NCBI RefSeq assembly: GCF_001545095.1
Contig: NZ_CP013213.1
Location: forward strand, 1,350,001-1,382,000
Origin: Erysipelothrix larvae
GTDB taxonomy: Bacteria > Bacillota_I > Bacilli_A > Erysipelotrichales > Erysipelotrichaceae
DNA length: 32,000 nucleotides
Direction: 5' to 3'
Below are positions 25,231 to 32,000 of this stretch, piece after piece. Position numbers and translations under genes: made by a program. The stretch's first letter is position 1. Each line of letters opens with the position of its first letter. The notes below the pieces were generated by a model. It made no database searches. It was not told the origin of the DNA and saw nothing but the letters and a program-made list of their open reading frames with translations.

Positions 25231-25896
25231 CTACTTATCAGTCCACTCAAAATTCGTTGTACCTGCACCCAGTTCAAAGTGATATTTCACAATCCCTAAA
25301 TCTGCTCCGGTATATACCCCATTGTCACAGGTTATGGATACCTTGTTTTCTTTTCCTGTGATGAAGAATGCTTGTTTGTTTCGGGCAGTTGGTGCAAGCA
25401 ATGCAGCTTCAATGCCTTGATTAAACCAAGCTGGTGGTTGTCCTTCATAGTGACTGATTGCTTCGGTTGGTTTTGATTTATGAGGAACCCCTTGATTCAC
25501 GCCATAACCTAAAGCAATAACACCAATAACCGTATCACCATTTACTAGGGTTGGTGTTGACTTCTTGTTGAAGGTTTCGCCAATCCACCATGTATTCAAC
25601 CCTAATGATTGCGCATAGAGGATAATATCTGCACCACTGTATCCAAGTTTTTCATCGAGATTGGATGCGTCTTTCCCTGATAAAATAATGGTGTTTTTTA
25701 CCGTCTTAGCCATCAGAAACTTTGTCACGGTTCCAAAGGCACGGGTATCATTGGTCAAGAGTTTCATTGAGAGGTTATACGTTTTGTTATGATGCTCAGT
25801 ACGGGTATTGATGGCATCAATGTGTTCTTGTGTCAGTGGTTTATCCATGTACTTACGTACAGTGTGGCGAGTGCTCATTGCTTCAAATAGTGTCAT
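25231..25896 (-). CDS. Nitroreductase family protein
   Basis: 221 aa from ATG 25896 (MTLFEAMSTRHTVRKYMDKPL), 6 nt after AAGGAG. The RHTVRKY motif is typical of the nitroreductase fold. Confidence 0.75.
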   Translation of the reverse strand: MTLFEAMSTRHTVRKYMDKPLTQEHIDAINTRTEHHNKTYNLSMKLLTNDTRAFGTVTKFLMAKTVKNTIILSGKDASNLDEKLGYSGADIILYAQSLGLNTWWIGETFNKKSTPTLVNGDTVIGVIALGYGVNQGVPHKSKPTEAISHYEGQPPAWFNQGIEAALLAPTARNKQAFFITGKENKVSITCDNGVYTGADLGIVKYHFELGAGTTNFEWTDK

Positions 25897-26068
25897 ACCC
25901 TGCTCCTTATTTCTTTCTGATACAATTTTATCGCAAAGTTGGTATGAATGCAAAAAAGTTTATGATGGACACTTAGACTATTTATACGGGATGCTTGATT
26001 AAATTGCACAATTTATGTGGGGTATGATTTCATTTGGTCAAGACAACTTTTATATACGATTTTCATTA

Positions 26069-26737
26069 TTAAACAATTTTTGAACCATGGAAGTAACATT
26101 CATAGATCTTTTGACCTTTGAAACAAATGTCTTCATATCCTTGAAACCACATCATATCGCCAGTCACGTTGCATTGATAGATAAACCCGTTTTCTTCATA
26201 ATAATGAGGGCCGCGATACGGCATGTCTTGTGTACAATGAAGGAGTGCTGCCTTAAGAAAGTCACCACTAAAATTAGGACCGATAACACGACCACTGTAA
26301 TTCATGGCATAGATTGGGGTGTCGTGGTTCCATACCACTTCTTCACCACAGAATGATTCGCCACCATAAAAGGTATCAATATAAGTGAACGGATGCTTCT
26401 TGTACTCATAGTCATGTGATCCAGATCGTATGCTTTCACATTTTGGACCTTTCCCTGCATATGTGTGTTTCTTTGCTTCAACTAGAAATTCAATGAGTCC
26501 TTCGTGTGCTATTTCTTCAGTTTTCGGGTGTATCTGACATGTTTCATCTTTTACAAGATAGTCTACACTCACATGGAATAGTTCACTAAGTTGGATTAAA
26601 TTGGTGATATCTGGGTAGGATTGTCCGCTTTCCCATTTCGCAACTGCTTGTCGTGAAACACTTAATGCATCAGCAAGACGTTCTTGAGTATATCCTTTAT
26701 TTCGACGAATGAGGGTGAGTTTTTCTGAAAATATCAT
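26069..26737 (-). CDS. XRE family HTH regulator fused to a DUF5680-like C-terminal domain
   Basis: N-terminal HTH_3 region KGYTQERLADALSVSRQAVAKWESGQSYPDITNLIQLSELFHVSVDYL. The C-terminal region YAGKGP...HDYEY...YIDTFYGGE.F.GEEVVW...MNYSGRV...PYRGP resembles DUF5680. Confidence 0.75.
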   Translation of the reverse strand: MIFSEKLTLIRRNKGYTQERLADALSVSRQAVAKWESGQSYPDITNLIQLSELFHVSVDYLVKDETCQIHPKTEEIAHEGLIEFLVEAKKHTYAGKGPKCESIRSGSHDYEYKKHPFTYIDTFYGGESFCGEEVVWNHDTPIYAMNYSGRVIGPNFSGDFLKAALLHCTQDMPYRGPHYYEENGFIYQCNVTGDMMWFQGYEDICFKGQKIYECYFHGSKIV

Positions 26738-26787
26738 GATGGTTTGCTCCTTTATGTTTATACCCTGATTTTACACCTCAATAGGGG

Positions 26788-26856
26788 TAAAAATAAATAA
26801 AGCGGTGGTTGATTTATGCACCTTGTGGTTGCATATCACTTTACCACAGCTTTATT
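26788..26856 (-). terminator. Compound hairpin downstream of the UPF0158 gene
   Basis: Minus strand has AAAGCTGTGG...CCACCGCTTT with one mismatch and an inner stem TGCAACC/GGTGCA. It is followed by ATTTATTTTT. Confidence 0.4.
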
Positions 26857-26953
26857 GTGTCTCTAAGTATTCACTAAGATTTTGAAAATACACCCTTTTA
26901 TCCTTGAGTCAATGGTGAGCATGATTGCTTCTTATATAAAGGGCTGTTTAGGA

Positions 26954-27367
26954 TTACTCGATTTCGATGTTGTTTTTTTGTGCCCACTCAATCGCAATAT
27001 TCTTATAGGTCTCATCGCGATATGCATACCATAGATGTGTGAGTCTGAGACGATCTGTTTGTGCTCGAAACTTCCTGAAGGCACCTTTTTGGCGAATTGC
27101 ACTCAATAATTGATCACGAAATGGCTCGGGTTGTTCATAGCAAAACTGTTTCATGATTCGATAATCATTGATTTCTCTGACATCTGGTAGTGAGATAAAC
27201 CGTGCTTCATCATGGGATCGTAGTGCTTCGAAATCATCAATTTCATCCCGACTGATTTGATCATAATAAATGAAAATGAAGTGATTCTCTTTTTTATCAA
27301 AATATATGGTCGTATCATGATTAATTTCTTCAATTGCATCAATTAGTTCTGAAAGTTTGATTGCCAC
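26954..27367 (-). CDS. UPF0158 family protein
   Basis: 137 aa with a GTG start 5 nt after AAGGAG. The C-terminal block KGAFRKFRAQ...WYAYRDETYKNIAIEWAQKNNIE matches the conserved UPF0158 signature as I remember it. Confidence 0.65.
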   Translation of the reverse strand: MAIKLSELIDAIEEINHDTTIYFDKKENHFIFIYYDQISRDEIDDFEALRSHDEARFISLPDVREINDYRIMKQFCYEQPEPFRDQLLSAIRQKGAFRKFRAQTDRLRLTHLWYAYRDETYKNIAIEWAQKNNIEIE

Positions 27368-27438
27368 AGTTTCTCCTTTGTTAACTCATCTTGACTGAGA
27401 TTATGTGTTGTATAGTACGATACATGTACTGTTTGGAT

Positions 27439-29091
27439 TTAGAGTTTACTGAGTTCATCCATCATGGCGGGTCTGTTTTTATAGCGAACTTGCCAGTCCC
27501 CTACAATCATGTTGACTCGATGTGGACCATTTGGATATGTTAGCATTCTTCTTAGTAGCCCCACAAGTTCTTGATAGTAGCGTCGATTCGTAGCGTGTAC
27601 CGACAGAATCATCAGCTCTCTTTCAAACATTTCTAAGCACTCCTTTGGATATAAGGGTTTTAAAACATCTTCATATATCAGGAGTTTATTGATGTTTGAA
27701 TCTTGAACGCGTGCAAGCAGGCGATCATACAGTTTGTCTTCTTTATAAAAGTCATCCAAAGCATCACTCTTACCCAGTGATTCAAAGATAATCTCACGTT
27801 TTATGTCCCATTCTTCAGGTGTACATAATGACTTGAGTTCTTTGTATAGTTTTAAATCTCCAGGCGTGTAATCTATAAGGCACTGATACAGTTCTGCTTC
27901 ATATTCAGCCTCTAGTTTTAAGTGTTTGTAGATGTGACGAAGGAGTTCACTGTATTGTTTGAGCTGTCCGTTTCGATCTTGGTCCACTATTTTTCCTTCT
28001 TTTAGCACTCGGATTGCTTCTTCATAGGCTTCATCCTTCATACATTCTTGGACATAATAGATTCGAATGGTTGGAACGTTTATGTACTCAAGGCAGTATT
28101 GTCTCATCACTTCGGGTGATTCATTATTCGCACTCATGAGTTGTATATGTCGCAATCGGTATTTTCCGTTATTGTAATATTCTAACCATGAATTATTGCC
28201 TTCAAGTGAATCTAATTGTTTTTGTACGTAATTGAGCTTTGGTTGAATGAACTCATGTTCATGGAAGTTGTCTAAGAGGAAGGTTTCAATTGATTCTTCT
28301 GCATAATCAATCATTTTACCATGACTGTATTCCATAAACCATTGAAACAGTATGCGTTTGTCTTCAAGGCTGCTTTGATTATGAATTTCCAGCCACATTG
28401 ATGTACATATTGATTCAATATCACCAAAACCACCATTAGAATCATCAAAGTCTTGATTTGCAAGCATGATATACAGATAGGTTGACAGTTCAAAAGCTTC
28501 CATGGTGTGCCCTTGTTGGATTAGCACTTCCACTTGTTCATGCAAGAAGTTTCTTAAATCCGTGATGAATGAAAATGCATTGTTATAATCAATGAAGCCG
28601 TGATTCCTTGAATAGGTTGTGAATATTCGTTTGATGTCTTTTTTGTAGCGTAAAACATCCTCAGAAGACACTTCAGCCCTAACAAAGCGTTTAAATTGAT
28701 TATACAAACCTTCGTTTGTTTTAAAAATTTCTTCTAAGAAAGCACTGAGTTCGTCGTGTGTTGCATGATCGAGCGTTTTCTTGATATTAAGTGTATGATC
28801 GTGTTGTGTTGAATTTTGATGACCACCTTGTGCATTATGATGGTCATCATAGTGATATAAAACAGCCGCCATATGTTTGCAGAGATCGTGATTCGTAGCA
28901 TAGGGACAGTCACAATATACTTCATAGTTTTGTGGATCGTATGTGTCAATCACAACATCATAATCACGGGACCCACAAACTGTAGCAGTGATGATGTTTC
29001 CTTGAACAGCAAAATCCATAACCATGCCATCTTCGTAATACTCATACCCTCCACTGAGGATCCGATTACTAAAAAACTTCTTCCATTCCAT
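27439..29091 (-). CDS. SWIM zinc-finger protein with a long all-helical C-terminal region
   Basis: SWIM CxCx(n)CxH occurs as CDCPYATNHDLCKH. The start is set at ATG 29091 (MEWKKFF), after AAGGAGG. No enzymatic motif was recognised in the remaining roughly 430 aa. Confidence 0.7.
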   Translation of the reverse strand: MEWKKFFSNRILSGGYEYYEDGMVMDFAVQGNIITATVCGSRDYDVVIDTYDPQNYEVYCDCPYATNHDLCKHMAAVLYHYDDHHNAQGGHQNSTQHDHTLNIKKTLDHATHDELSAFLEEIFKTNEGLYNQFKRFVRAEVSSEDVLRYKKDIKRIFTTYSRNHGFIDYNNAFSFITDLRNFLHEQVEVLIQQGHTMEAFELSTYLYIMLANQDFDDSNGGFGDIESICTSMWLEIHNQSSLEDKRILFQWFMEYSHGKMIDYAEESIETFLLDNFHEHEFIQPKLNYVQKQLDSLEGNNSWLEYYNNGKYRLRHIQLMSANNESPEVMRQYCLEYINVPTIRIYYVQECMKDEAYEEAIRVLKEGKIVDQDRNGQLKQYSELLRHIYKHLKLEAEYEAELYQCLIDYTPGDLKLYKELKSLCTPEEWDIKREIIFESLGKSDALDDFYKEDKLYDRLLARVQDSNINKLLIYEDVLKPLYPKECLEMFERELMILSVHATNRRYYQELVGLLRRMLTYPNGPHRVNMIVGDWQVRYKNRPAMMDELSKL

Positions 29092-29508
29092 CCTTACACC
29101 GCCTCCTTTGTGTATCAGTTCACATCGTGCCTTAATTGTATAATGCATGCATTGTTTCATAACATCATGATTGCTTGAAAGTATTAGGTTTGTGATCTGC
29201 ATCGCATCACTCATGATTAATTCCATATACTCACTTTAACACGTGGTTTAAGATGATTCAATGGTTATCTACAGTACAGAAAAAAACGTGATGAAGGTTT
29301 ACAGTGGTCAATCCATGTCACCATTAGTTGTGATATTTATAAATTTTTTTATAATTAATTTAGTTATGTGGGTAGATTCTTTATGGAGGATAATCTAAAA
29401 ATTGAGAATTTTAATTTACCCCTTACCGCTTATTAAACACCATACTTGCAATACTGTGTCCAGTTTCTTAAAGCAAACGCATATGAGCTGTATTTGTTAA
29501 TCTAAAAG

Positions 29509-29538
29509 TGGACCAATTTTCAATTGAGAATTGGTCCA
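29509..29538. repeat. 30-bp near-perfect palindrome
   Basis: TGGACCAATTTTCAA|TTGAGAATTGGTCCA has 15-bp arms with one T:G position. It lies 8 nt upstream of a perfect TTGACA hexamer (29547-29552). Confidence 0.8.
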
Positions 29539-29621
29539 TTATTCAGTTGACAAATACATGAACACACTAAAGTATGTATTGAATTTCTAATATTATGTAT
29601 TTTAATGAAAGGGGCTAATTT

Positions 29622-29729
29622 ATGAAGGGACAAAAACCTAATGGTCTTGTAATGTTGTTCTTTTGGTTTGTGTTTATGCCTGTATTTGCGATCTATACAA
29701 TTATCAAAGAACTTTTAAAACAATACTAG
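29622..29729 (+). CDS. 35-codon hydrophobic small ORF MKGQKPNGLVMLFFWFVFMPVFAIYTIIKELLKQY
   Basis: An AAAGGGG SD lies 7 nt before the ATG. The peptide has a basic N-terminus, one predicted TM helix and a charged C-terminus. A TTGACA -35 lies upstream and its own hairpin terminator downstream. Confidence 0.4.
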   Translation: MKGQKPNGLVMLFFWFVFMPVFAIYTIIKELLKQY

Positions 29730-29764
29730 TAATAACCTAAAATATTAATCATGAATAATTAAGT

Positions 29765-29810
29765 GCTAATGTATGATTTGCGAAGATCATTCATTAGCTC
29801 TTATGTTTTT
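29765..29810 (+). terminator. Hairpin terminator of the small-ORF cassette
   Basis: GCTAATG-t-ATGAT-TTGCGAAG-ATCAT-t-CATTAGC gives 7+5 bp. It is followed by TCTTATGTTTTT. Confidence 0.5.
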
Positions 29811-30308
29811 ACCGATTTCCAGATTATTCTTAAGAAATATAATATTGTTCAGAAAAATTTAATATTGGAATTTCTTTGAGATTTTTAATTAATTAATGAG
29901 ACATAATACGAGAAAATATTTGGATATGCATTATATTTCACTTTAGAATGTACAGAACAGTTTTTATAATGTAAGTTAGGGAACAGAAGTATTATACGAT
30001 TCTATACTTCGACATGACCTCCGATATACTTAACTGAACTAATTCTATAATGTTCAAAGATTTAGAACCATAAATAGATTGTGATGTTATGATAAGCTAT
30101 TTGAATATATAATAAAAAACAGTCTCATATGTCATCATCTAATAAGTAATGTTGAAGTAAAGGCTGTTTTTTGTTTCTTTAATATTTTTATGTCCAATAA
30201 TCATTTTTGTTTCAGGGCTTGTAGCTTATATCAAAAACAATCATTAACTTTTTCTTCCAAGCAAAGTAAAAACTTAGACCAATCCCAGCAATTTTTGCTG
30301 ACAAATAT

Positions 30309-31148
30309 TCACCAATTCTTCAAGAAGTTCGCATTATTACTAATTACAACTTCTTTTCCAAGGGAGCTTCGACCAGCAGTGTGCATAATACTGTATTTGA
30401 TTATTATAAACCGATTATAAATTAAATTAATTAATTCACAATCATCATAAGTAATTATCCATTGCCCATCTCCTAAATGTTGAGTAATTACATCCTTCAA
30501 TTCCACATGATCATTTTCCATAAAATAGTTTTTATATAATTGATGTCCTTTATTAACATACGGTGGATCAATATTGTAAAACAAAGTATCAATTCGTTGA
30601 TGGAGTTCATTAATTATCAAATCACTCGCATCTCTGTTAAACAATTCTATGTTTTCACTAAAGCTAGCAATTAGCTCTATCCTATTTTTTATATTTACCT
30701 TATTATAACGACAATCAACTTTATACTTACCTTTTTGGGAAACCCCCCCCATTGGTCCACCCGAAATAACACCCGAATAGTTTACTCTATTTAAATAAAA
30801 TGTAGCAAATCCATCATCTAATACAGATGTATCTTCACTTATATATATCGATTTCTGTCTTTCTCTCTCTTCAATTGTCACTGGCGTTTCATCTAAAAGT
30901 TTTAGAAAGTTTTCAGTATCATGTATTACGGAATACCAGAAATTATAGATGTGAGAATCAAAATCATTTAGAATTACATTCTGTACAACTCCTTCCACAA
31001 GTAGTGCTAAACCAATTGCGAATCCACCAGCGAAAGGCTCTACATATGTTTTGTCTTGAAGTCCGTTTTCGACAATCAGTTTTTTGACTTTATCGTAAAT
31101 TTTAAATTTACCTCCTGGATATCTCAGTGGAGAAATTGTTTGTTTCAT
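30309..31148 (-). CDS. Dam-type (D12 class) DNA N6-adenine methyltransferase
   Basis: N-terminal PLRYPGGK (compare Dam KWAGGK). The AdoMet motif is EPFAGGFAIG and the catalytic motif is NIDPPY. It starts 2 nt after the stop of the DUF1998 gene. Confidence 0.85.
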   Translation of the reverse strand: MKQTISPLRYPGGKFKIYDKVKKLIVENGLQDKTYVEPFAGGFAIGLALLVEGVVQNVILNDFDSHIYNFWYSVIHDTENFLKLLDETPVTIEERERQKSIYISEDTSVLDDGFATFYLNRVNYSGVISGGPMGGVSQKGKYKVDCRYNKVNIKNRIELIASFSENIELFNRDASDLIINELHQRIDTLFYNIDPPYVNKGHQLYKNYFMENDHVELKDVITQHLGDGQWIITYDDCELINLIYNRFIIIKYSIMHTAGRSSLGKEVVISNNANFLKNW

Positions 31149-31150
31149 AA

Positions 31151-32000
31151 TTATTTCCTCTTCTCAACGAGTTTACAATATTCTAAATAAGAATTTGGCA
31201 ACCAATCAGATAAATCTAATGGATTAAAAAATATCATATTGGAAACATTGTCACTTTTTTTCAATAATGCTGGTATAACTTCGATATTATTCAATACTTC
31301 TTTTTTGGCAATTCTTGAGTTTTCTTCGATAAGTCTGAGTAGCGGTTCTAAATAATCTTGTTGCTTGCTTTCACTGTATGGTTGAGGATAAACATCAAAC
31401 TGAGCATAATCTAGTAACTGTAACGCTAAGTCCCTATTAAACAGGTCATGATTTCTTTGGTTCCAATAATTATCTAGACAGTTTTTACATGCTCTAGAAC
31501 ATTCACACTCTGTCAAAATTCTCCTTGACTGATCTAGTACTTGATCTAATATTGAACCAATCAATGTAGAGTATCCTGCTCCACTGGATAAATTGTCATA
31601 GAAGAAAAACTCAAGCGATGAATCATCTGCTTTCCCAATTCTAGGACGCCAACCACCACTAATCTCATTATAGTCAATATCTAAAACTATTGAAATGGAT
31701 TTTTTTAAAACCTCATGTAATGAAGTAGCAGCGGATTTTAGGATTGTTTTCTCATCAATACGACCACTTCCAACAAGTTTCTTCGTATCATAAGAAATAT
31801 CGAGCATAAACATATCAGTTAGAAATTCATACCCTAAAAATATATTCGCTTCCACTGAACCGTTATGTTGACAAACGCTATAGCCATGGTAAGGTTGTGT
31901 TACAGAGAATTTATTTGTAACAAGATCATTGGAAACTTCAGCACCCCCGCATTTCTTACATACGTTAAATCCATTTTTTTGTTTTCCCATATTAACAGTT
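31151..32000 (-). CDS. DUF1998 (MrfA/DrmB-type Zn-ribbon) domain protein, 5'-partial at the window edge
   Basis: Cys pairs are CKKCGG and CECSRACKNC, with LGYEFLTDMF and FFFYDNLSSGAGYS in between, which is the DUF1998 layout. There is no SD before the ATG at 31990, and the frame stays open to nt 32000, so the gene probably continues upstream. Confidence 0.7.
   Translation of the reverse strand, partial: TVNMGKQKNGFNVCKKCGGAEVSNDLVTNKFSVTQPYHGYSVCQHNGSVEANIFLGYEFLTDMFMLDISYDTKKLVGSGRIDEKTILKSAATSLHEVLKKSISIVLDIDYNEISGGWRPRIGKADDSSLEFFFYDNLSSGAGYSTLIGSILDQVLDQSRRILTECECSRACKNCLDNYWNQRNHDLFNRDLALQLLDYAQFDVYPQPYSESKQQDYLEPLLRLIEENSRIAKKEVLNNIEVIPALLKKSDNVSNMIFFNPLDLSDWLPNSYLEYCKLVEKRK

Noticed and set aside
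29092-29226. The 45-codon N-terminal extension of the SWIM protein (track start 29226).
   Set aside because: No SD precedes 29226. A strong AAGGAGG precedes ATG 29091, and the SWIM-family N-terminus starts there.
29383-29436. A 17-codon ORF (MEDNLKIENFNLPLTAY) in the AT-rich gap.
   Set aside because: It has no SD, no promoter or terminator context, and could easily arise by chance in AT-rich DNA.
29844-29858. A CodY-box-like 15-mer ATTGTTCAGAAAAAT, matching AATTTTCWGAAAATT at 12 of 15 positions.
   Set aside because: Three mismatches in extremely AT-rich DNA is within chance expectation, and no adjacent regulated gene is evident.
30190-30420. A 76-aa plus-strand ORF overlapping the 3' end of the methyltransferase gene.
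   Set aside because: It is antisense to a strongly supported gene, has no SD, and is an AT-rich low-information sequence.
305-31087. Many 60-145-aa ORFs in the supplied track lie antisense to, or out of frame within, larger well-supported genes. Examples: 305-571, 812-1018, 1448-1786, 1617-1823, 2085-2267, 4651-4890, 5722-5961, 7547-7792, 8113-8310, 9625-9960, 9851-10042, 10045-10479, 10965-11153, 11035-11223, 11307-11552, 11471-11680, 11599-11814, 12803-13015, 13588-13797, 14082-14315, 14442-14681, 14909-15184, 14952-15200, 15279-15494, 16116-16343, 16359-16562, 18481-18675, 18897-19187, 20567-20761, 21121-21372, 21469-21669, 22068-22262, 22112-22423, 22604-22786, 22862-23083, 24122-24310, 25808-26002, 26087-26356, 27151-27342, 28311-28493, 28734-28949, 28873-29178, 30827-31087.
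   Set aside because: Each is fully nested in a longer ORF that has recognisable family motifs and a proper SD. The nested ORFs have no SD, no recognisable motifs and odd composition, so I treat them as shadow ORFs.
1-32000. CRISPR arrays, tRNA or rRNA genes, IS elements, transposases, integrases, prophage genes, and long direct or terminal inverted repeats.
   Set aside because: Visual inspection found no evenly spaced repeats, no tRNA-like T-arm/acceptor patterns, and no ORFs with transposase or recombinase motifs. tRNAscan, Infernal or ISfinder were not run, so small elements could be missed.
1-32000. GATC avoidance as a footprint of a GATC-specific restriction partner for the Dam-type methylase.
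   Set aside because: GATC occurs frequently throughout the window (for example near 483, 733, 1872, 3043-3065, 4131, 5590, 5955 and 6410). No avoidance is apparent, and the methylase specificity cannot be read from the sequence.

Overview
This 32-kb chromosomal segment looks like a low-GC Firmicute: AAGGAGG-type Shine-Dalgarno sites sit 5-10 nt before starts, terminators are hairpin plus U-run, and some gene pairs overlap as ATGA. I count about 30 credible protein genes, nearly all on the minus strand. By eye I found no rRNA, tRNA, CRISPR array, transposase or integrase.

The region 1-23.3 kb is mostly ordinary accessory metabolism and transport. It holds YdeI and DUF1801 proteins, two aldo/keto reductases, two MFS transporters and a YumC-type ferredoxin-NADP reductase. 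It also holds a GNAT/NUDIX pair, an RpiR regulator plus Cof phosphatase, and a membrane-anchored S1 protease. Further along are a PepV-like dipeptidase plus YfcC transporter, a DEAD-box helicase plus ywbE, and a cluster of DUF1113 membrane protein, macro-HTH fusion and small vWA protein. The region ends with a nonsense-interrupted flavodoxin-like gene, an MFS-DUF3737-PatB (C-S lyase) operon and a DAACS (possibly TcyP-like) symporter. The most notable item here is a 25-codon cysteine-rich upstream ORF with a strong SD, followed by a hairpin-U9, in the symporter leader. This is a candidate cysteine-sensing ribosome-mediated attenuator.

The region 23.7-32 kb looks accessory or island-like. It holds an internally duplicated SEC-C protein, a nitroreductase, an XRE-DUF5680 regulator and a SWIM zinc-finger protein plus UPF0158 protein. 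A gap of about 1.1 kb of very AT-rich non-coding DNA follows, containing a self-contained 35-codon hydrophobic-peptide cassette and a 30-bp palindrome. Last comes a Dam-type (D12, DPPY) methyltransferase abutting a DUF1998 (MrfA/DrmB-type Zn-ribbon) protein whose 5' part runs off the window. This pair is probably the 3' end of a methylase-linked helicase, defence-like operon.

All product calls rest on motif recognition in the translated ORFs. No database search or folding computation was run.
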